A stretch of DNA of 64,000 nucleotides from an uncultured Ignavibacteriota bacterium (GTDB taxonomy: Bacteria > Bacteroidota > Ignavibacteria > UBA10030 > UBA8401), in the NCBI GenBank assembly GCA_903884005.1, contig CAISDA010000072.1:95522-159521 (forward strand), in the 5' to 3' direction. The position numbers and the translations under genes are program-made. This document shows, piece by piece, positions 59,174-64,000 of the stretch; positions within the stretch are counted from its first letter, which is position 1; the number at the start of each line of letters is the position of its first letter. The notes beneath the pieces were generated by a model. The model did no database searches and was not told the DNA's origin. It saw nothing but the letters and a program-made list of their open reading frames with translations.

Positions 59174-60754
59174 TTATCGCGGTTTTATGAGTGAATACGA
59201 AAGACGGAGTGTATCGTTTCTGGGAACCGACACTTCGCTCACAACGTCTGTGAATCCCGGATTATGAAGCCTGAGCTTTCGTTTCCCGGCGGTCATGATG
59301 ATGGGTTTTTCCATCGGCGTCGTATCGCGATAGAGGTCGTCGACATAGACTTCGGCCCAGGGGACGACGGTGACGATGAGATACCCCGCCGTCTCAAAAA
59401 AATTCACTGCAACGGCCTGCTGCGCTCCCGGTGCGGCGGCAATCGTCTTCACGATCGGCAGGAAGTGCGGATTGGTAAAATTGAGCGTATGCGTTCCAGC
59501 CCGCACGGTGAGGGCGCCGGCGAGCGGCGTTTCTCCGACGTATTGGTTATCCAGAAATACTTTCGCCCATGGCGAACACGTCACGATAACACCCGATGAA
59601 TCTTTCGCCGCAGCGTTCGCCTCCGATGCCGGGGTGCGCGTCGCCGCGACAGCCGGCAATGCGACATGCTCCCGTACATTCCCGGGCGGCGGATTCGAGG
59701 CATCTGCGGGCGTGTCCGATGTGTGCTCGCGCACGGAGTCCCGGCCGGCCGCCAGTGGCTGCAACGCGCCGGAATTCGCAGAAGTTCCGTTCTCCGATCG
59801 GAACATGAACCACGCGAGAGCAGCGATCAGCAGAGGGAGCACGAGGAGCAAGGCAGTCACTGTCATGCGCACGTAGCGGCGTTCCGGCTGCGGCGCGCGC
59901 TGTTGCGTCGGCCGCTGGATTTTTTCGGGCTCACCATGAAGCGCGTTCAATGCGGCGTCGGCCGACGGGAAGCGTTGTTCCCGATCGGGATGCATCATTT
60001 TTTTAATCGCGTCCGCGCACATCCGGTCTGCAACAAGCGCGTCGACCGAGGCAACGTCGAAGTGGAGAATGTTATTGATGCATGCGGAATAGGTCGCGCC
60101 TTCAAAAATTCTCCGGCCGGTGAGGAGTTCAATGAATGTTGTGCCGAGTGAAAACAGATCGGACCGTTCATCGGCGGCTTCGCCGCGTATGTGTTCCGGA
60201 GGAAGGTATGCCGGCGTGCCGAGCACGGCTCCCTCCATGGTGACCGTTTGTGAGACGGACATTGCAGCAAGCCCGAAGTCCGTCACTTTAATGTGCCCGG
60301 TTTCGGTGACAAGAATATTGCCGGGCTTGATATCCCGATGGATCACGCCGCACGCGTGGGCGGCGCGCAGTGCGTTGAGCGTCTCGACAATGATCCGGCG
60401 CGCTTTGTCGGCCGGCATCGGCCCGTCGGATGCGAGCACATCTTTGAGCGATGCGCCGTCAACATATTCCATGACGATCGCGGGAGCCCCGTCGATCTCC
60501 GTCAGGTCGTACACCTGCACGACAAATTCTGAACGGATCAGCGCGCACGCGCGCGCTTCCCGTCTGAACCGTTCGGCAAGCGTATCGTCGTCGATGAGGT
60601 GCTTATGAAGAATTTTCAGGAGGACCGTCCGGTTGAGCACGGACTGATGTGCCTTGTAGACGGTCGTCGTTGCACTCTCGTTGAGCGTTTCCTGAATAAT
60701 GAATTGACGTTCCTTCACCCGTCGCTCCATTCTTTCAATCTGTATTGCAGCCAC
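59174..60754 (-). CDS. Hanks-type Ser/Thr protein kinase with TM segment and C-terminal PEGA domains
   Basis: Kinase subdomains: VAIKIL-like VLLKIL, HRDIKPGNILV, DFG (VTDFGLA), APE-like GTPAYLPPE. TM RMTVTALLLVLPLLIAALAWFMF; two PEGA-like segments. Start may be the ATG 24 nt downstream. Confidence 0.8.
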   Translation of the reverse strand: MAAIQIERMERRVKERQFIIQETLNESATTTVYKAHQSVLNRTVLLKILHKHLIDDDTLAERFRREARACALIRSEFVVQVYDLTEIDGAPAIVMEYVDGASLKDVLASDGPMPADKARRIIVETLNALRAAHACGVIHRDIKPGNILVTETGHIKVTDFGLAAMSVSQTVTMEGAVLGTPAYLPPEHIRGEAADERSDLFSLGTTFIELLTGRRIFEGATYSACINNILHFDVASVDALVADRMCADAIKKMMHPDREQRFPSADAALNALHGEPEKIQRPTQQRAPQPERRYVRMTVTALLLVLPLLIAALAWFMFRSENGTSANSGALQPLAAGRDSVREHTSDTPADASNPPPGNVREHVALPAVAATRTPASEANAAAKDSSGVIVTCSPWAKVFLDNQYVGETPLAGALTVRAGTHTLNFTNPHFLPIVKTIAAAPGAQQAVAVNFFETAGYLIVTVVPWAEVYVDDLYRDTTPMEKPIIMTAGKRKLRLHNPGFTDVVSEVSVPRNDTLRLSYSLIKPR

Positions 60755-62190
60755 CGCAGCGACACGCCGAGACGTTCAGCCGTGCGCGTCCGGTTGTCCC
60801 CCATTTCCTGAAGCGTCGTTTCGATGATGTGGCGTTCAAAATCGGCGAGTGTCATGTTCGCCTTCTGGAGCGTTCGAGCATCGCCCTGCTGCAGTGTCAG
60901 GTCTTCGGGCATCAGCACAGGGCCGCGGCAGAGCACCACAGCCCGCTCGATCGTGTTCTGCAATTCCCGTACGTTCCCCTGCCACTGGTTGGCAATGAGG
61001 AATTCCATGGCGCTCGCATGGATCGATTGCACATCGCGCTTATGTGTCAGGCACGACTTGCGGAAATAATACTCGGCCAGCAGCGGAATGTCCTCCCTCC
61101 GGTCGCGCAGCGGAGGCAGGTGCACCGACACGACATTCAGCCGGAAATACAGATCGTCCCGGAACGTGCCCGCGCGTATCCCTTCCTGCAGATCCTTGTT
61201 TGTCGCCGCAAGGATGCGGACGTTGATTTTTTTCGATTCCACGCCGCCGACCTTCCGGATCTCACGTTCTTGGAATGCACGGAGTACTTTCGACTGCAGC
61301 AACAGGGGCAGGTCTCCGACTTCGTCGAGGAACAGTGTGCCGCCGTCGGCGACCTCGAACAGGCCTTTCTTTTCGGCATGGGCGCCGGTGAACGATCCGC
61401 GCATATGGCCGAAGAGTTCGCTTTCCATCAATGCTTCGGGGATCGCCGAACAATTCACCGCCACGAACGGAAACGATTTCCTCGGACCGTTGTCGTGAAT
61501 TGCCCGCGCGATCAGTTCCTTCCCGGTTCCGCTTTCGCCGGTGATCAGCACCGAGACATCGACATCGAGCACGCGGTTCACCACATCGAGCGCCTCCTGC
61601 CACCGTTTGCTCGTGCCGATGAGGCCCGTGAAGAGCAGTGCCGGTGCCACCGTCGTGCGGAGCCTGCGATTTTCATTTTGCAGCACGGCAAATTCTTTCG
61701 CATTCGCGATGGCGATCGATGCGACATGACAGAAGACCGTTAAAAATCTCAGCGACTCGTCCGTGAACGCCTGCCGCGACCGTGTGCTGTCGAGATACAC
61801 GGCGCCCACAGTGCGATCCTGCGACCGAAGCGGCAGGCAGATGATGGATAATATTTTTTGTGCGATGATGCTCGTCGACGCTTCAAAGCGCTCGTCTGCC
61901 AGAGCGTCGAAGGTGAGCACGGGGATTCCGGTGGTAAGGACATTTTTCACCACGGAGGACGACGCCGCCAGCACCCCCGGCGCATCGGGTGAAGAAAAAT
62001 TTTTGGCGGCGGCGACGCGCACATTATGCTCCGCGCTGCCGTCGTCGAAAAGAATGAATCCGCGTTCGGCCTCGAGGTGCGTCATGGCAATCGTGAGGAC
62101 CTGGTCCAGCAGTTCCACCGGATCCAGGATCGATGTGATTCGCTGTGTCACTTCGTACAGGGCGTTGAAATTATCTTTTGAGGCCATCAT
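60715..62190 (-). CDS. sigma54-dependent transcriptional activator with N-terminal GAF domain and C-terminal Fis-type HTH
   Basis: 491 aa. Walker A GESGTGKE; GSFTGA (GAFTGA variant); ESELFGH; HTH at the C-terminus; GAF-like N-terminal 170 aa. Confidence 0.85.
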   Translation of the reverse strand: MMASKDNFNALYEVTQRITSILDPVELLDQVLTIAMTHLEAERGFILFDDGSAEHNVRVAAAKNFSSPDAPGVLAASSSVVKNVLTTGIPVLTFDALADERFEASTSIIAQKILSIICLPLRSQDRTVGAVYLDSTRSRQAFTDESLRFLTVFCHVASIAIANAKEFAVLQNENRRLRTTVAPALLFTGLIGTSKRWQEALDVVNRVLDVDVSVLITGESGTGKELIARAIHDNGPRKSFPFVAVNCSAIPEALMESELFGHMRGSFTGAHAEKKGLFEVADGGTLFLDEVGDLPLLLQSKVLRAFQEREIRKVGGVESKKINVRILAATNKDLQEGIRAGTFRDDLYFRLNVVSVHLPPLRDRREDIPLLAEYYFRKSCLTHKRDVQSIHASAMEFLIANQWQGNVRELQNTIERAVVLCRGPVLMPEDLTLQQGDARTLQKANMTLADFERHIIETTLQEMGDNRTRTAERLGVSLRWLQYRLKEWSDG

Positions 62191-63194
62191 AGGTTCACGA
62201 TAAAGGATGATTCTTTCGATTGCGCGATATTGCCATATTCATCCACGATCGAGATCGTCCAGAAATACAATCCCGCCTGCAGTACTGCGGGGTATTGAAA
62301 CGTTCTCACGTAAGAGCCGATGGCCGACTGTGACCACACAGCGGTTTGCGTGCCGGCATCGAGGCGAACAACCGCGATCGAATACGAAAAAGGAAAAAGG
62401 GACGACGGCGGTGTCCATTTGAATTCGGGCGACGATAACGCCGTATCCTGCGCGGCGGGATAGACCGGTACGGCTTCGTCATCAATGATACGCGCGGCGA
62501 ATGCCGGCGCGCTCACACCCACGGCGCCGCTTTTATCGCGAGCCCGGATCGTGCACGGCCTGCCGATCAGCCATTCCAGCGTGTTGGTTGGCAGCTGCGA
62601 TGCGTACAGAGTCGCTTGAAAATTTTTTCCCGTCACCGAGTAGGACATGCTGAAGTTCAGCGAATCCACACTGATCCAGACCGAGTCCAGGTCGCTGACC
62701 CCGTTGAGATCGTCCGCGCTTGCGCTGATGGATGCCGAGTAGATCGGGTTTGGCCACCACAGATCGATCTTCCGGGTCACGATGCGCACAGCAGAGAGAG
62801 CCGGCACCGCATTGAGCTCGATCGTCAGCTGCCGCGATTCGCCGCGGGCGAGCGTGACTGCCGCAGTATCCGTGACAAAATTATTTTTACGGATCACGAC
62901 GGCCTGCACGGCGGTCGACGGATTCTGAAAGACAAAATAGCCGAGCGAATCGGTGACGGCAATTGCCGCGCCGGGGAGCATGGAAACGAATGCCCCGGCG
63001 ACTCCGACCGACAGTTGGTTCTTCAGCACGACCCTGCCGGAGAGACTTGCCCCGGAGAGCGGATTTGCCGAGAGCGGATCGAGCGGATTGTCGTGCGGCA
63101 CATCAGACACGCATCCGTTCCACGCGACCGCACACACGCAGGCAAGCCCGATCATTTTATTGATGATAGAGAGAGTGCAGCGCATCGTCCACAT
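62187..63194 (-). CDS. hypothetical lipoprotein with CarboxypepD_reg-like N-terminal domain
   Basis: Signal/lipobox-like MIGLACVCAVAWNGC; GRVVLKNQLSVGVAGAFVSM beta-sandwich signature. Start uncertain (ATGs at 63194, 63185, 63155); stop overlaps the EBP start by 4 nt. Confidence 0.45.
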   Translation of the reverse strand: MWTMRCTLSIINKMIGLACVCAVAWNGCVSDVPHDNPLDPLSANPLSGASLSGRVVLKNQLSVGVAGAFVSMLPGAAIAVTDSLGYFVFQNPSTAVQAVVIRKNNFVTDTAAVTLARGESRQLTIELNAVPALSAVRIVTRKIDLWWPNPIYSASISASADDLNGVSDLDSVWISVDSLNFSMSYSVTGKNFQATLYASQLPTNTLEWLIGRPCTIRARDKSGAVGVSAPAFAARIIDDEAVPVYPAAQDTALSSPEFKWTPPSSLFPFSYSIAVVRLDAGTQTAVWSQSAIGSYVRTFQYPAVLQAGLYFWTISIVDEYGNIAQSKESSFIVNL

Positions 63195-64000
63195 TCGTAA
63201 AATGAAATTGAAATCCCGCGGCACATAACGCTTCGGGAAGGGCATTCTGCCCTGTCAGGAGCATATCCGACGCTTCGCCGAGCATCGCCTTCAGCACAAA
63301 CGACGGCACACGCGTCCAGCTTGGCCGATGGAGCGCCGCGCCCAGCGAGGCGCAAAAAAATTTCATCGTCACCGGATTCGGCGCGCTGCAATTATACGGA
63401 CCGGCGATCGCGCCATGCCGGATCGGAAACACGATGGCACGAACGAGGTCATCAATGTGTATCCACGGCATGATCTGTTTTCCGGAACCAAGATAGCCGC
63501 CCGCCATGGTATAAAATGGGATCGCCATTTTTTGCAGTGCCCCGCCGTCCCGTCCGAGGGCGATCGCAAAGCGCGGCGCGGCGACGCGGACGCCGAGCGC
63601 GGATGCAGCGGCGGCGGCAGCCTCCCATTGGACAGTCAGTTCAGCAAGAAAGCCCCTGCCCGGAGGAGTGCGTTCCGATACGCTGCGGTCATCGCAGTCG
63701 CCGTAATATCCGACCGCCGATGCGGAAACGAACACCCCGGGCCTCTTCACGGCGTTCCGCATGGCATAGACCAGCGCAGTGGTGGCACCGATGCGGCTCT
63801 CCGTCAATTCGTGCTTGACCCTGTCCGTCCAGCGCGCGGCGAAGAGGCTTTTTCCGGCGAGGTTAATGACGGCATCGGTCGTTTCCATTTCGGTGCACCA
63901 TGCACCGGACGTGCGCGCATCCCACTGAACGTACCTGACGGCGGCCCCGCCCATCGTCATCGCAGGTCGTGGTTTTCTCGTCAGCACGACGATCTCGCAT
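63157..64000 (-). CDS. TIGR01777/YfcH-family epimerase-like protein (DUF1731 C-terminal domain); N-terminus beyond window edge
   Basis: The frame remains open to position 64000 (…EIVVLTRKPRPAM… resembles YfcH …ITVVTRNPQKAS…). AVINLAG motif; C-terminal DUF1731-like region. The ORF-track start at 63987 is an internal GTG. Confidence 0.6.
   Translation of the reverse strand, partial: CEIVVLTRKPRPAMTMGGAAVRYVQWDARTSGAWCTEMETTDAVINLAGKSLFAARWTDRVKHELTESRIGATTALVYAMRNAVKRPGVFVSASAVGYYGDCDDRSVSERTPPGRGFLAELTVQWEAAAAAASALGVRVAAPRFAIALGRDGGALQKMAIPFYTMAGGYLGSGKQIMPWIHIDDLVRAIVFPIRHGAIAGPYNCSAPNPVTMKFFCASLGAALHRPSWTRVPSFVLKAMLGEASDMLLTGQNALPEALCAAGFQFHFTNVDDALHSLYHQ

Noticed and set aside
1-64000. tRNA, rRNA and CRISPR arrays
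   Set aside because: All intergenic regions of 60 bp or more were inspected. None shows a tRNA-like acceptor or T-arm (GTTCRANYC) pattern, rRNA-like conservation, or regularly spaced direct repeats.

Overview
High-GC (~60%) bacterial chromosomal segment that most likely belongs to the FCB group (Bacteroidetes / Rhodothermaeota / Chlorobi-like). Evidence for that placement: two large secreted proteins carry T9SS C-terminal sorting domains, the class A beta-lactamase is CepA/CblA-like, and CruC/CruD/CruF-type carotenoid genes are present. Most of the window is dense core metabolism and envelope functions: ppiD, aroK-aroB, hisS, lgt, rlmB, a GTP-dependent PEPCK, a fused PFOR with a ferredoxin, and a TonB-dependent receptor. 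The window also holds a HlyD/FtsX/TolC efflux set, a pair of MsbA-like ABC exporter genes, several two-component and sigma54 signalling modules, and an MCP. The most coherent 'system' is a 7.3 kb, tightly overlapping plus-strand operon at 48.1-55.3 kb. A MerR/B12-binding CarH/LitR-like regulator sits at its head. It is followed by a carotenoid acyltransferase (CruD-like), a GT2 glycosyltransferase (CruC-like), an uncharacterised secreted protein, a CruF-like membrane hydratase, a split lycopene cyclase (CrtYc/CrtYd), CrtI and CrtB. That organisation is what a light/B12-gated carotenoid glycoside-ester pathway would look like. Accessory-looking islands are: (i) a class A beta-lactamase co-operonic with a secreted protein built of two tandem copies of an unknown Cys-rich domain, and (ii) a minimal SET-domain methyltransferase next to an IS481-like transposase whose DDE triad looks degenerate. 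Three families of short structured intergenic repeats were found by direct comparison, including a 15-bp perfect palindrome present three times around the MCP gene. The supplied ORF track omits a MASE1-PAS sensor gene that runs off the 5' edge. The track uses GTG/TTG starts, and many of its long ORFs are antisense artefacts of the high GC content. No rRNA, tRNA or CRISPR array was recognised.
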